A model generated the notes under the pieces. The model saw only the letters and a program-made list of their open reading frames with translations, did not search any database and had not been told where the DNA came from. Below, one piece after another: positions 9,501 to 18,592 of a DNA stretch of 64,000 nt. This DNA comes from an uncultured Bacteroidales bacterium (GTDB lineage: Bacteria; Bacteroidota; Bacteroidia; Bacteroidales; FEN-979). Positions within the stretch are counted from its first letter, which is position 1; every line of letters starts with the position of its first letter. The translations under genes were made by a program, and so were the position numbers. The DNA lies in assembly GCA_903929315.1 (NCBI GenBank), contig CAIYUC010000034.1, forward strand, positions 2,790 to 66,789, read 5' to 3'.

Positions 9501-10065
9501 GTGTATCACGCAAGCGTGCACAAACCCATACATCATGGTTATTGTGGTGCCTGGTTGCGGTGACGGCATTATATCCCCTTAATGCTCCGGGAACATCCAC
9601 GCCACTAAACCCGACAGGAATGTCCCCCAATCCTCCATCAAGGGTCATATCAATAACAGAATAACGTAATCCCGATAAATTATCAAGTGCACCACAACCG
9701 GCAGAGAAAAGATAATATTTTGATGGTTCATCCAACTGTTGAAATGCAATATTATTTTTGACATAACCATAACCGCACCCATTACCACCAACCATGCCAT
9801 CCGGCATCATCATATTGTTTTTGTTATAGACGGCTTGACCTTCTGAATAAAACAAAATATTGCCAAGCGAATCGGAAATGTTAGAGGAGCCCGATGCAAC
9901 AGCATTCATGGCACTTGTCAGAAACACCACTGGGGAACCCGAATTAAAAGTCATCCCTGCGAATGAACCGAAGTACCAGTTGTTGAATTCTCCCTGTGAA
10001 AAACCAAAGAGAGGGAAAATCAGAAAGGCAAAAAGTAAAAACCGGGTAAACTTGTGGTTCATCAC
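6538..10065 (-). CDS. paralog P1: large secreted adhesin-like protein (signal peptide, beta-propeller-like N-domain, PKD, three Ig-like modules, C-terminal FISUMP/TIGR02145 domain)
   Basis: 1175 aa with signal peptide FTRFLLFAFLIFPLFGFSQG and a PKD-type motif WDFGDP...THNYSNTGTYTV. Three tandem modules of about 88 aa each carry SPSYQWKVNG or SPVYQWKVNG. The C-terminus has the FISUMP hallmarks CWMAANL, CPPGWHVPTETDWNTL, GFNALLTG, FFWSST and FSVRCL. There is a GTG at 10065 and an ATG at 10062. Confidence 0.85.
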   Translation of the reverse strand: MMNHKFTRFLLFAFLIFPLFGFSQGEFNNWYFGSFAGMTFNSGSPVVFLTSAMNAVASGSSNISDSLGNILFYSEGQAVYNKNNMMMPDGMVGGNGCGYGYVKNNIAFQQLDEPSKYYLFSAGCGALDNLSGLRYSVIDMTLDGGLGDIPVGFSGVDVPGALRGYNAVTATRHHNNHDVWVCARLRDTQNNYFLSYLVNASGINFTPVSSSSRVQLYTPPQASPVIQSLIISRDGTKLAAVYDSVLEYCNFNSTNGQITPLFLVPLPMCGNHPVIPKNAEFSVNSGYLYVSGTGISSCTSPWGFVYQFDATITDSAQFKNSAILITNEVHTPGLQLAPDGKIYCSTIELDSLSVINNPSSPGAACNYQRDALSLLGRSSGRALPDYVERYYAIIHDTGQCPGQNTHFTPAIWPPADSVHWDFGDPVSGAFNFSNLTNPTHNYSNTGTYTVELFVRHIDNRTDTCWKTITILPRQQVALGADRIICLGDSTTFDAGVCSGCTYLWKDLGSGLIVGTSQTFKTGQSGTYAVWVTNSHGCIGSDTVQLTATPAPTIANNPLSKAICSGQSTNIFLISNISGATFHWTATLTSGNITGFNADSGLVINQVLVNTLPTPGIVTYHITPKLGDCSGVPVNFEVTVNAGDSVKVSISASANNVCAGTPVTFTASPTNGGTSPSYQWKVNGINVGTNSPTYGYTPLNGDMVICVLSSNQSCTSNNPASSNQLFMVINSYSVVDVSITASANPSCSGTPVTFTATPVNGGSSPSYQWKVNEINAGPNNPVYSYSPNNGDVVSCILSSSETCTTNNPASSNQLFMVIHSNSVVDLSIIASVNPVCSGIPVTYTAIPVNGGSSPVYQWKVNGVNTGTNNPTYTYNPVSGDLVSCILTSNATCTSNNPATSNTITMNVAAAPIVTFVLCNDSITTTNAQPFKLKGGIPLGGTYSGPGVSNGIFYPAVAGVGTHQINYSYTNAALCTVTDHRSLITINLAPFTCSNPITDVRDGKTYPTILIGTQCWMAANLSYGILIPGNTSQRDNCIPEKYCYNDLTANCGLLTADYQWDELMNYDETVSNQGLCPPGWHVPTETDWNTLFANYINNGFAASPLKYSGFSGFNALLTGVQHLNKTWDYQGFATFFWSSTAHGTTKAWAHGMNDTDPSVSVYPSFRSNAFSVRCLKD
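6904..6938. repeat. degenerate heptamer array inside the P1 CDS (FISUMP domain)
   Basis: The top strand reads ggcagtc agcagtc cgcagtt cgcagtc aagtcat, which is GACTGCN in the sense direction. It encodes DLTANCGLLTAD. Confidence 0.8.
7116..7143. repeat. heptamer-periodic segment inside the P1 CDS
   Basis: tggtgat cagtgat cggtgat cggtgac, encoding VTDHRSLIT. It uses the same word family as the intergenic array at 20648. Confidence 0.75.
7345..8142 (-). repeat. three tandem ~266-bp coding repeats (Ig-like modules) in P1
   Basis: Each module runs ...S(A/V)N..C(A/S)G.PVT(F/Y)TA.P.NGG.SP.YQWKVN..N.G.N.P.Y.Y.P..GD.V.C.L.S...C...NPA.SN... The linker nucleotide strings repeat, for example ccatgaataactgatt at 7621.. 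and 7889... Confidence 0.85.
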
Positions 10066-10085
10066 CCGAAAGTATTACAGTCCAT

Positions 10086-10093
10086 CAAATGTA
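10086..10093 (-). promoter_or_regulatory. candidate Bacteroidota sigma-A -7 box (TAnnTTTG) for P1
   Basis: The minus strand reads TACATTTG, 21-24 nt upstream of the GTG/ATG start. Confidence 0.4.
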
Positions 10094-10140
10094 ATGAAAA
10101 ATAATTTAAACAGGAAAATTTTAGTTTTTATTAATGTAGT

Positions 10141-10181
10141 AATGCAGTAATGCAGTAATTCTCAATTTGCAGGCTGATGAC
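10141..10181. repeat. 41-bp perfect direct repeat, copy 2 (upstream of P1)
   Basis: Identical to 6460..6500. Confidence 0.95.
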
Positions 10182-10480
10182 TACAATTCAATCTTTTCTT
10201 TTACTGCGAAGACGCGAAGAGGCTAAAGATTAGATTATTTATTTAGCGTCCTTAGCGACTTGGCGGTTATTTTATCTTTTGACACAAACCGATCGCAACC
10301 GATTTAGAGGTCGCAAATTGCGTCCTCCAATTTTGAAACTCTTCATCAGACAAAACAAAGTTTGTAAAACTAATGTGTCCTATTGTGCCTAATGTGGTTC
10401 AATTCTTTTAAAGTTACCGAAAATCAGACTATTTTTATACTCCAAATCGAGACGACCATTTTGCCTGAAATCTTCCAACT

Positions 10481-10548
10481 TAACTAACAATGAATAACTA
10501 ACAACGAATAACTAACAACGAATAACTATGAATAACCATCAATAAACA
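10481..10548. repeat. 14-nt array GAATAACTAACAAC x2 plus partial units
   Basis: gaataactaacaac gaataactaacaac gaataacta t gaataacca tc aataaaca. The reverse complement resembles the P1/P2 inter-module linker DNA. Confidence 0.85.
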
Positions 10549-10558
10549 CCCACTAAAA

Positions 10559-13060
10559 TTGGCTCAACTCATTTATTATGCAGATGTCCTCATTCCCCTG
10601 CCAATCGCAGGAAAGTTCACCTACGAGATCCCGGATGATTTAGTCACAAAGGTCAGTCCGGGAGTCCGCGTCGTCGTCCAGTTTGGGAAAAAGAAGATCT
10701 ATACCGCCGTCGTGAGGACAGTTCATCAACAACCTCCCGGGAATGTTCTTCCTAAAAGCATCTTATCCGTACTCGATGACGGACCGGTCATAAACCCGCT
10801 TCAATTCAAATTCTGGGATTGGATCTCATCCTATTATCTTTGTTATCCCGGTGAAGTCATGAATGCAGCTCTTCCTTCCGCTTTTAAGCTGGCCAGCGAG
10901 TCCGAAGTGATCCTTAATCCCGTTGCAAGCTATGAATCCTCCTCATTGAACGAAAGAGAATACCTGCTGGTGGAATCCCTTCATCATCGTAAATCGATAA
11001 AAATATCGGAAGTTTCAAAGATCATCGGTCAGCAGAAAATCATCCCCGTTGTCAATACCCTGATCGAAAAAGGGATCATCCTGATGAAAGAAGAACTTCC
11101 GGAAAAGTACAAGCCAAAGAAAGAAGTTTTTGTCCGGTTAAGCAGCCAGTATAACGAAAATGATGCGAAGCTGAAAGAACTATTCGATCGCCTTGAAACA
11201 AAAGCCCGTAAGCAGCTTGATCTGTTGATGGCATACATTCATCTTTCACATTATGGCTCAGCGAATCCCCTGGAAGTTTCACGAACAGCCCTTCTCAAAG
11301 CTGCCCGGGTATCGTCTGCGGCGCTTGACGGACTTATAAAAAAAGAAGTTTTTGAAGCATCGGAAAGGATCATCAGCAGGTTTGAACAGGAATCAGCCAT
11401 GGAAAGCCCCGATCAGATCAAGTTGTCACCCGTCCAGCAGGAAGCATATGTAAAGATCGGGGAGTCGTTCAGACAAAAAGATGTGGTATTGTTGCATGGC
11501 GTCACCTCGAGTGGGAAAACGGAGATCTACATTAAATTGATCCAGGAAACGATTTTACAAGGGAAACAGGTCTTGTATCTTCTTCCGGAAATTGCCCTGA
11601 CGACCCAGATCATCACCAGGCTTCGCAGATATTTCGGGGACAGGGTAGGGGTTTATCATTCCCGCTTCAATGAAAATGAAAGGGTAGAAATATGGAATAA
11701 GGTCATGGCTGCGAGCTTTACAGGACAAGTTAACAACAACCGTTATGATATTGTCCTTGGCGCCCGGTCGGCGGTGTTCCTGCCATTTACAAACCTCGGG
11801 TTGGTGATTGTTGACGAGGAGCATGATTCCTCCTTCAAGCAATATGAACCCACCCCGCGTTACAACGGCCGGGATTCTGCGATCTACCTGGCTCATCTGC
11901 ATGGGGCCAGGACCATCCTTGGGTCTGCAACCCCTTCTATTGAAAGTTATTATAATGCCGTTAAAACCAAATATGGTTTGGTTAATATCCCTGAGCGATA
12001 TGGTAATATGGAATTGCCTGAAATTGAAGTGGTCGATCTGAAAAGAGAGATCCGGATGAAAAGAACGAAAACCCATTTCTCTTCCCTTTTGGTCGCTCAG
12101 CTTGAGGATGCGAAAAAAAACCACGAACAAGCCATCCTGTTTCAGAACCGCCGTGGCTTTTCTTTACGTCTTGAATGTGAAACCTGTAACTGGATGCCGG
12201 TTTGCAGGAATTGCGACGTAACCCTCGTTTATCATAAACAAAACAACGAGTTACGCTGTCATTATTGCGGGTTTACAGCCCCGGTACCGGATTCCTGTCC
12301 TGAATGCAAAGGCACGAATATAAAAATGAAGGGTTTCGGTACGGAACAGGTGGAAGAAGAGCTCACTCTTTTATTTCCGGAAGCCAGGGTTGTCAGAATG
12401 GACCTCGACACAACACGGAGCCGCTATTCACACCAGAAGATCATCAATGATTTTGAGCAAAGGAAGATCGATATTCTTGTCGGCACTCAAATGGTCACAA
12501 AAGGTCTTGATTTTGAAAACGTAAGTACCGTGGGAATTTTGAATGCGGACAATATGCTTTCGTTTCCGGATTTCAGGGCATCAGAGCGGAGTTTTCAACT
12601 GATGGCACAGGTAAGCGGAAGATCCGGAAGAAAGTTGAAGAAAGGGAAAGTGATCATCCAGTCCTATCAACCGGGTCATCCGGTCATTACCGACGTCATC
12701 CGTCATGACTATCTCCGTATGTATCAGCGGCAGCTGGTGGAGCGAAGAAAGTTCAATTATCCGCCCTTTACCCGTCTCATCCGGATAATCATTAAACACC
12801 GCGACGCGAAAGCATTGAATAAAGCTGCCGATCTGCTTGCTATAAGACTGAAGAAAACCTTTGGTAAACGCATTCTCGGACCGGAATATCCGCTTGTTGG
12901 CAGGATCCGGAATTATTATTTAAAACAGATCCTTGTAAAGATCGAAAAAGAAGCGGCCCTTCATCTGATGAAAGAAAAATTGATGACGGAATTAATGCAG
13001 TTCTCGCAGGTCAGGGATTTTGGTGCTTTCAGGCTGGTCATTGACGTCGACCCGCAGTAG
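10559..13060 (+). CDS. priA: primosomal protein N' (replication restart helicase PriA)
   Basis: 833 aa with Walker A GVTSSGKT, DEEH, and the Cys-rich zinc region CETCNW..CRNCD...CHYCG...CPEC. TTG start. Confidence 0.92.
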   Translation: MAQLIYYADVLIPLPIAGKFTYEIPDDLVTKVSPGVRVVVQFGKKKIYTAVVRTVHQQPPGNVLPKSILSVLDDGPVINPLQFKFWDWISSYYLCYPGEVMNAALPSAFKLASESEVILNPVASYESSSLNEREYLLVESLHHRKSIKISEVSKIIGQQKIIPVVNTLIEKGIILMKEELPEKYKPKKEVFVRLSSQYNENDAKLKELFDRLETKARKQLDLLMAYIHLSHYGSANPLEVSRTALLKAARVSSAALDGLIKKEVFEASERIISRFEQESAMESPDQIKLSPVQQEAYVKIGESFRQKDVVLLHGVTSSGKTEIYIKLIQETILQGKQVLYLLPEIALTTQIITRLRRYFGDRVGVYHSRFNENERVEIWNKVMAASFTGQVNNNRYDIVLGARSAVFLPFTNLGLVIVDEEHDSSFKQYEPTPRYNGRDSAIYLAHLHGARTILGSATPSIESYYNAVKTKYGLVNIPERYGNMELPEIEVVDLKREIRMKRTKTHFSSLLVAQLEDAKKNHEQAILFQNRRGFSLRLECETCNWMPVCRNCDVTLVYHKQNNELRCHYCGFTAPVPDSCPECKGTNIKMKGFGTEQVEEELTLLFPEARVVRMDLDTTRSRYSHQKIINDFEQRKIDILVGTQMVTKGLDFENVSTVGILNADNMLSFPDFRASERSFQLMAQVSGRSGRKLKKGKVIIQSYQPGHPVITDVIRHDYLRMYQRQLVERRKFNYPPFTRLIRIIIKHRDAKALNKAADLLAIRLKKTFGKRILGPEYPLVGRIRNYYLKQILVKIEKEAALHLMKEKLMTELMQFSQVRDFGAFRLVIDVDPQ

Positions 13061-13346
13061 TGTCGGCCACAATATAAACATCTTCCTTGTCCCTTTTCAT
13101 GAGGTATTTTTCCCTCGCGTATTTTTCCAGGGCCAGGCTGTCGGTAAGAAGCTGCCGGGTCAATGTTGAATCTTTCCGGATCTCATCCAGGTAGAAATGC
13201 CTTTCCTGTTTCAACTCGTTTAATTTACTGTGATAATGTCTGCGTGTAAGGATATTATCGCTATCAAAGAACACCATCCAGACAATAAAAGCCACAAAAG
13301 TGATGGTATATTTATTGAATATGACTTTTAAAACTTTCCGGAACAT
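13038..13346 (-). CDS. septum formation initiator family protein (FtsB/DivIC-like)
   Basis: 102 aa with one N-terminal TM helix followed by a coiled coil (LNELKQERHFYLDEIRKD...EKYAREKYLMKRDKEDVYIV). The 3' end overlaps the 3' end of convergent priA by 23 nt. Confidence 0.7.
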   Translation of the reverse strand: MFRKVLKVIFNKYTITFVAFIVWMVFFDSDNILTRRHYHSKLNELKQERHFYLDEIRKDSTLTRQLLTDSLALEKYAREKYLMKRDKEDVYIVADTTAGRRQ

Positions 13347-13347
13347 G

Positions 13348-15420
13348 TTATTGAAATTGAGAATTGTTAAGTTTTTGCTTCAATAATTCATAAATCAACA
13401 GCTGTGATCTCACGGGAGGTTCCCCGTTTTGTTTGTATTGGTTCGCTTCCCCGGGACCAATGACCCGTGCTGTCATATTATCAGAAAGTTGAATATCGAG
13501 CATTCTTCTAAGCTCCAGTTGAATATCTTTATCGAGCACAGGGCATGCAACTTCAATCCGGTTGTCAAAATTCCGTATCATCCAATCTGCCGACGTGATA
13601 TAATATTGGTTATCTCCTCCGTGACAAAAACTAAGGACTCTTGAATGTTCAAGGAACCTGTCCACAATGCTGATTGCTTCAATATTACTGCTGATCCCAG
13701 GAATTCCGGGGATCAAAACACATATCCCGCGTATAATGAGTTTTATCTTTACGCCGGCCTGACTTGCTTTGTATAATTTATTAATAATGGTTTCATCAAC
13801 GAGGTTGTTAAGCTTAATGATCACCCACGCTTCTTTACCTGTTTTTGCCTGGTTTATTTCATAATTGATCATTTTAACGAAAAAATTCCTCATGAAGAAT
13901 GGAGCGACGATCAACGACTTGTATTTAAAGGCCCTGTAGTTAAGCTCCATCTGGTGAAATGCATTGATCACATCCGATGTTATCTTTTCATCTGCGGTAA
14001 GCAGTCCGTCATCAGCGTACACCCTGGCTGTATCCTCATTAAAATTTCCGGTTCCTATATGAGCATAAAAAACATTTTTATTGTTCTCTTTGCGCCTGAT
14101 CAGGATCAATTTGCTGTGAACCTTAAAACCCGGAATACCATGAATGACTTTAACACCTTCCTCCTGTAAACGTTCCGTCCACAGGATATTGGCTTCTTCA
14201 TCAAACCTCGCCTGGAGTTCCATGAAAACTGTTACATATTTACCATTTCGTGCAGCATTTATCAAAGCATTGATGACACTCGAATCCTTTGCTGCACGGT
14301 AAATAGTGGCCTTAATTGAATGTACATGTGGATCGATGGAAACTTCACGCAACAGATCAATAATATACTGGAAAGACTGGTACGGGTAATGCAGCATGAT
14401 ATCTTTCCGTTTGATTGCAGAAATAATGCTTTTATTGGGTGGAAGATCCTTGTGCCGCAGTGGAGGAAGGGATTCGAATTCGAGCTTTCCTGATCCGATG
14501 TTTGGGAAATTCATGAAATCCTTGAAATTATGATACCTTCCGCCTCCCCTGACCGGATCATCCTTGCTCAGATTTAGTTTCTTCCGGATCATCCTGAGAA
14601 GCTCGTCCGGGATTGAGTCATCATATACGAATCTTACAGGCAGACCTTTCTTTCTTTGCTTCAGGCTTTCCGTCATACTTTCAAGGAAGCTTTTGGAAAC
14701 ATCCGAATCAACGTCAATCTCAGCATCTTTTGTGATCTTGATGGTGTAGGCCTCAAATGTGTTCCATCCGAAAACCGAGAATACTTCTGACAGACAATAA
14801 CGGATGACATCGTCCAACAGGATGATGAACTTCTTCTCACCAACCTGTGGTAAAATTAAAAAACGCGAAAGGTTTTTTGTCGGCATTTCCATCAGCGCGT
14901 AATCTTTTTTAGTGGGATTATCCCTGAAACCTAATGTAACCGCAAGGTAAATGGATCGATCCCTTAAGGAAGAAATATCCCGGAGGCTGCTGATCATGAT
15001 GGGAAACAGGTAAACCCGCACTTTTTCCTGGAAATATTTACGGACGAACAACCCCTGGTCGTCTGAAAGTTTTTTTTCATTTATAATAAAGATATTTTGA
15101 TCTGCCAGTTCTTTAACGATATTGTTATAGATCTGTTGGAAATCTTTTTCCTGTGACTGGACGATCTCATCGATATCTTTCAGGACTTTCTTTGGGTTGA
15201 TGGAACTGTCATACGGAATATTGCCAACCTTCAGCATACGGGTAACGGTGGCAACCCTTACCCTGAAAAATTCATCCCTGTTATTGGAAAAGATACCCAG
15301 GAACTTCAGTCTTTCGATCAGCGGATTCCGTTTGTCAGCAGCTTCCTGAAGAACTCTGCCATTAAAATAAAGCCAACTGACTTCCCTGTTAAGTACTTTT
15401 AATTTGTCCGGCCTTCCCAT
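13348..15420 (-). CDS. ppk1: polyphosphate kinase 1
   Basis: 690 aa. NREVSWLYFNGRVLQEAADKRNPLIERLKFLGIFSNNRDEFFRVRV is the canonical PPK1 N-terminus. HSKLILI and GTGNFNE PLD-like motifs are present. Confidence 0.95.
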   Translation of the reverse strand: MGRPDKLKVLNREVSWLYFNGRVLQEAADKRNPLIERLKFLGIFSNNRDEFFRVRVATVTRMLKVGNIPYDSSINPKKVLKDIDEIVQSQEKDFQQIYNNIVKELADQNIFIINEKKLSDDQGLFVRKYFQEKVRVYLFPIMISSLRDISSLRDRSIYLAVTLGFRDNPTKKDYALMEMPTKNLSRFLILPQVGEKKFIILLDDVIRYCLSEVFSVFGWNTFEAYTIKITKDAEIDVDSDVSKSFLESMTESLKQRKKGLPVRFVYDDSIPDELLRMIRKKLNLSKDDPVRGGGRYHNFKDFMNFPNIGSGKLEFESLPPLRHKDLPPNKSIISAIKRKDIMLHYPYQSFQYIIDLLREVSIDPHVHSIKATIYRAAKDSSVINALINAARNGKYVTVFMELQARFDEEANILWTERLQEEGVKVIHGIPGFKVHSKLILIRRKENNKNVFYAHIGTGNFNEDTARVYADDGLLTADEKITSDVINAFHQMELNYRAFKYKSLIVAPFFMRNFFVKMINYEINQAKTGKEAWVIIKLNNLVDETIINKLYKASQAGVKIKLIIRGICVLIPGIPGISSNIEAISIVDRFLEHSRVLSFCHGGDNQYYITSADWMIRNFDNRIEVACPVLDKDIQLELRRMLDIQLSDNMTARVIGPGEANQYKQNGEPPVRSQLLIYELLKQKLNNSQFQ

Positions 15421-15423
15421 CGG

Positions 15424-15918
15424 TTATTTCAACATTTTCGGGAATATGATAAATTCTTTTTTGGGTTCAGTTCCGGGAATATTTTCCCATTTATCGGTAT
15501 CAAAAGAAATACAGGCTGCACCGGAAGTAGGAAGCATATCTATACCGGGATAAAGGAACAAATTGGCAAGATGAGTGATGGTCGGGTTGTGGCCAAAGAT
15601 CATCAGCGAATTGACTTCATTTGGCGTACTGTAGATGATATCAAGGATCCTGTCATAATATCCATTATAGATCTTATTGTCCTGTTTTATATTTTTAACA
15701 GGGTAATCGATACCTCTGGCAATCAGCTTGGCAGTCTCAAAAGCTCTGACAGCAGGGCTTGAGATCATAAGATCGACCGAAATTTTATTCTTTTGAAAAT
15801 ATTCGATGATCCGTTGGGTTTTTTCGATCCCTTTCTCTATCAAGGGGCGGTCAATATCTTTAATTCCCGGTTCTTCCCAGGAAGATTTAGCGTGCCGTAC
15901 GAGGTAGAGAATTTTCAT
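15424..15918 (-). CDS. histidine phosphatase family protein (SixA-like phosphohistidine phosphatase)
   Basis: 164 aa with LYLVRHAKS (RHG motif) and a later GHNP motif. Only 3 nt separate it from the ppk1 start. Confidence 0.8.
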   Translation of the reverse strand: MKILYLVRHAKSSWEEPGIKDIDRPLIEKGIEKTQRIIEYFQKNKISVDLMISSPAVRAFETAKLIARGIDYPVKNIKQDNKIYNGYYDRILDIIYSTPNEVNSLMIFGHNPTITHLANLFLYPGIDMLPTSGAACISFDTDKWENIPGTEPKKEFIIFPKMLK

Positions 15919-15941
15919 AATCTTTCATTATTTGATTGTCG

Positions 15942-15961
15942 GGGCATCTCATAAGATGCCC
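15942..15961 (-). terminator. short hairpin between glyA and the sixA-like gene
   Basis: gggcatc tcataa gatgccc, a 7-bp stem. No U-tract follows, so terminator function is uncertain. Confidence 0.2.
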
Positions 15962-15969
15962 TTACTCAT

Positions 15970-17250
15970 TTAGTATGCAAATAAAGGAAACTCTTTCATC
16001 ATTTCATTCACCTTCTTCTTTATTTTCGTGATTTTATCTTCATTCTCGAGGTCTCCTATTACTTCATCGATCAGATCAACGATCAGAGGCATATGCCTTT
16101 TTTTCATTCCACGGGTGGTGATAGCCGATGTTCCGACCCGTAGTCCGGATGTCTGGAAAGGTGACCGGCTGTCAAAAGGCACCATGTTTTTATTCACAGT
16201 GATATCTGCTTTTACCAAAGTGTTTTCGACCTGTTTCCCGGTGATATTGGGGAATTTTTTTCTCAGGTCAATGAGCATAAGGTGATTATCCGTACCGCCT
16301 GAGATGACATGATAGCCTTTGTCAACAAAAGCTTGTGCCATTATTGCTGCATTTTTCTTCACTTGGATGATATAATCCATGTATTCATCGGTAAGATCTT
16401 CGAAGAAGGAAACTGCTTTAGCAGCAATTACATGTTCCAGGGGTCCACCCTGTATGCCGGGGAATACGGCAGAATCCAGAAGCGCTGAAAACATCTTTAT
16501 TTCCCCTTTCGGTGTTTTCAACCCCCAGGGGTTTTCAAAATCCGTCCCCATCAGGATCATTCCTCCACGTGGCCCGCGTAACGTTTTATGAGTGGTCGTC
16601 GTAACTACATGGCAGTATGGGATGGGATCGTTCAGAAGTCCTCTTGCGATCAATCCGGCAGGATGAGCAATATCGGCCATCAGGATGGCATTTACCTTAT
16701 CGGCAATCTCCCGCATCCGTTTGTAATCCCAATCTCTTGAATAAGCTGAAGCGCCGGCGATTATGAGTTTCGGTCTTTCCCTTAACGCAATTTCTTCCAT
16801 TTTATCATAATTGAGGATCCCGGTCGCTTCATCGACCTGGTAACCTACAGGCCGGTAAAGGATTCCTGACGAATTCACAGGAGAACCATGGGAAAGATGT
16901 CCTCCGTGCGCCAGATCAAGTCCCATAAATGTATCGCCCGGTTTAAGAACGGTCATCAGAACAGCCATGTTCGCCTGTGCACCTGAATGCGGTTGAACAT
17001 TGGCCCAGGTGGCATTAAACAGGATTTTAGCGCGGTCGATGGCAAGCTGCTCCGATTCATCCACAAACTGGCACCCGCCATAGTACCTTCTTCCGGGGTA
17101 ACCTTCTGCATATTTGTTGGTCAGGCAAGATCCCATTGCTTTAAGGACCTGGTCACTGACAAAATTTTCCGAAGCGATTAATTCAATTCCGTGTGTTTGC
17201 CGGTCTAATTCTTTTTTGATGATCCTGAAAAGTTCGGTATCTTTCTTCAT
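15970..17250 (-). CDS. glyA: serine hydroxymethyltransferase
   Basis: 426 aa with [22 protein letters not shown] and [14 protein letters not shown] (PLP lysine motif). Confidence 0.97.
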   Translation of the reverse strand: MKKDTELFRIIKKELDRQTHGIELIASENFVSDQVLKAMGSCLTNKYAEGYPGRRYYGGCQFVDESEQLAIDRAKILFNATWANVQPHSGAQANMAVLMTVLKPGDTFMGLDLAHGGHLSHGSPVNSSGILYRPVGYQVDEATGILNYDKMEEIALRERPKLIIAGASAYSRDWDYKRMREIADKVNAILMADIAHPAGLIARGLLNDPIPYCHVVTTTTHKTLRGPRGGMILMGTDFENPWGLKTPKGEIKMFSALLDSAVFPGIQGGPLEHVIAAKAVSFFEDLTDEYMDYIIQVKKNAAIMAQAFVDKGYHVISGGTDNHLMLIDLRKKFPNITGKQVENTLVKADITVNKNMVPFDSRSPFQTSGLRVGTSAITTRGMKKRHMPLIVDLIDEVIGDLENEDKITKIKKKVNEMMKEFPLFAY

Positions 17251-17375
17251 AGAGGAAAAAATTTATGGAAATTAATCCCGTTACTATAAAACATAACGAG
17301 ATTTCCGAAGCAAAAGTAAAACTTATTTCAAACAATTTCACCAACTTTGCAGGGAAAATGGTATTAACATCATTT

Positions 17376-18566
17376 ATGAAAAGTATCATTGGAATTATTT
17401 CTGTTTTCCTGGTTTTTATCCTCTTTCAGCCTTTATTCTCCTATGCCCAGCTGGATGCAGGTCCCAATGATACTATAAACCCCGGCGTTCCCGTCAATTT
17501 GACAGTTACATATGGAGAAATAGGCATTCCTGTTGACACTCTCCTTGATGATGATTTTATCTTCGGCCCATATCCGGTCGGATTTAATTTTACTTTCTTT
17601 GGCAATACCTATAATAAGTTTTACATCGGTTCGAACGGTTTTGTCAGCTTTAGTCCGAATCCCAGTGCAGCCGGAAGACGTGCGACATTTATTGTTCCCA
17701 GTTCAAATCCTTTTGATCCGAAGAACGCTATCTTCGGTCCTTATTTTGATTTTGACCCTAATTACGGACCACGTCCGTATATTTTTTACCTGACTCTTGG
17801 CCAGTTACCAGCCCGCAAGCTTGTTGTAATGTGGTGCCAGGTACCTTTATTCCGATGTGAGCAAGAGGATTCGACTGCCACTTTTCAGATCATCCTGAAT
17901 GAAGGATCAAATACGATTGAGAATCATATATTCCATAAACCCGTTTGTCTTGATTCAACATTTGATGCTGCCATTCTTGGAGTACAAGGACTAAGTGGAT
18001 TTATAGGGTTTACCGTTCCCGGCAGGAATGCAACCATTTGGACTGCTGAACGGGAATCATGGCTCTATACACCTGTAAGTGTCGATACCTTTAAGATCAC
18101 ATCAATTCCTTTCAATCCCCAGTCCATGGTCCCAGGAAATAAGATAGTGTACACCTGGTACCAGGGCCATGATTTCATCGCTAACTCGCAAACCATCACC
18201 GTCACACCAAAACAGACAACTACCTATACTGCCTATGTGAACCTGTGTGACGGAGAAGTTTTTCACGATAGTGTAACGGTAGTTGTCCACCCTGCCATCC
18301 CTGATGCATTTACTCCCAATGGTGACGGGCTCAACGACAATTTCAGGATACTTGGGGTGGAACCGGAAAACATAACGAAATTCAACTTCCAGATATATAA
18401 CCGATGGGGCCAGCTTATTTTTTATACAACCAATATCCTGGATACATGGGACGGAACTTATAAAGGAGGGAAATGCCCGCCGGGAGTATATGTCTGGGTG
18501 ATCTATTATGAAGATAATAAAAAGCAGAAGGTCAGTAATAAAGGAACTGTAACACTGGTAAGATAA
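17376..18566 (+). CDS. T9SS type B sorting domain (gliding motility-associated C-terminal domain) protein
   Basis: The C-terminus FTPNGDGLNDNFRILG...IYNRWGQLIFYT...WDGTYKGGKCPPGVYVWVIYY is the CHU_C/type B CTD. The signal peptide MKSIIGIISVFLVFILFQPLFSYAQ begins at the ATG at 17376. The track start 17265 would leave only 14 nt to divergent glyA. Confidence 0.8.
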   Translation: MKSIIGIISVFLVFILFQPLFSYAQLDAGPNDTINPGVPVNLTVTYGEIGIPVDTLLDDDFIFGPYPVGFNFTFFGNTYNKFYIGSNGFVSFSPNPSAAGRRATFIVPSSNPFDPKNAIFGPYFDFDPNYGPRPYIFYLTLGQLPARKLVVMWCQVPLFRCEQEDSTATFQIILNEGSNTIENHIFHKPVCLDSTFDAAILGVQGLSGFIGFTVPGRNATIWTAERESWLYTPVSVDTFKITSIPFNPQSMVPGNKIVYTWYQGHDFIANSQTITVTPKQTTTYTAYVNLCDGEVFHDSVTVVVHPAIPDAFTPNGDGLNDNFRILGVEPENITKFNFQIYNRWGQLIFYTTNILDTWDGTYKGGKCPPGVYVWVIYYEDNKKQKVSNKGTVTLVR

Positions 18567-18592
18567 CCGGTCTGATATATCAAAAAAATCTT

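Noticed and set aside
10307-10327. Palindrome gaggtcgcaa a ttgcgtcctc in the P1/priA spacer as a possible operator site.
   Set aside because: It is a single imperfect 10-bp inverted repeat inside a spacer full of similar word-play repeats. Nothing distinguishes it from the background repeat family.
11555-12130. 191-aa ORF antisense to priA.
   Set aside because: It lies entirely within the strongly supported priA CDS on the other strand and has no recognisable motifs. It is a shadow ORF.
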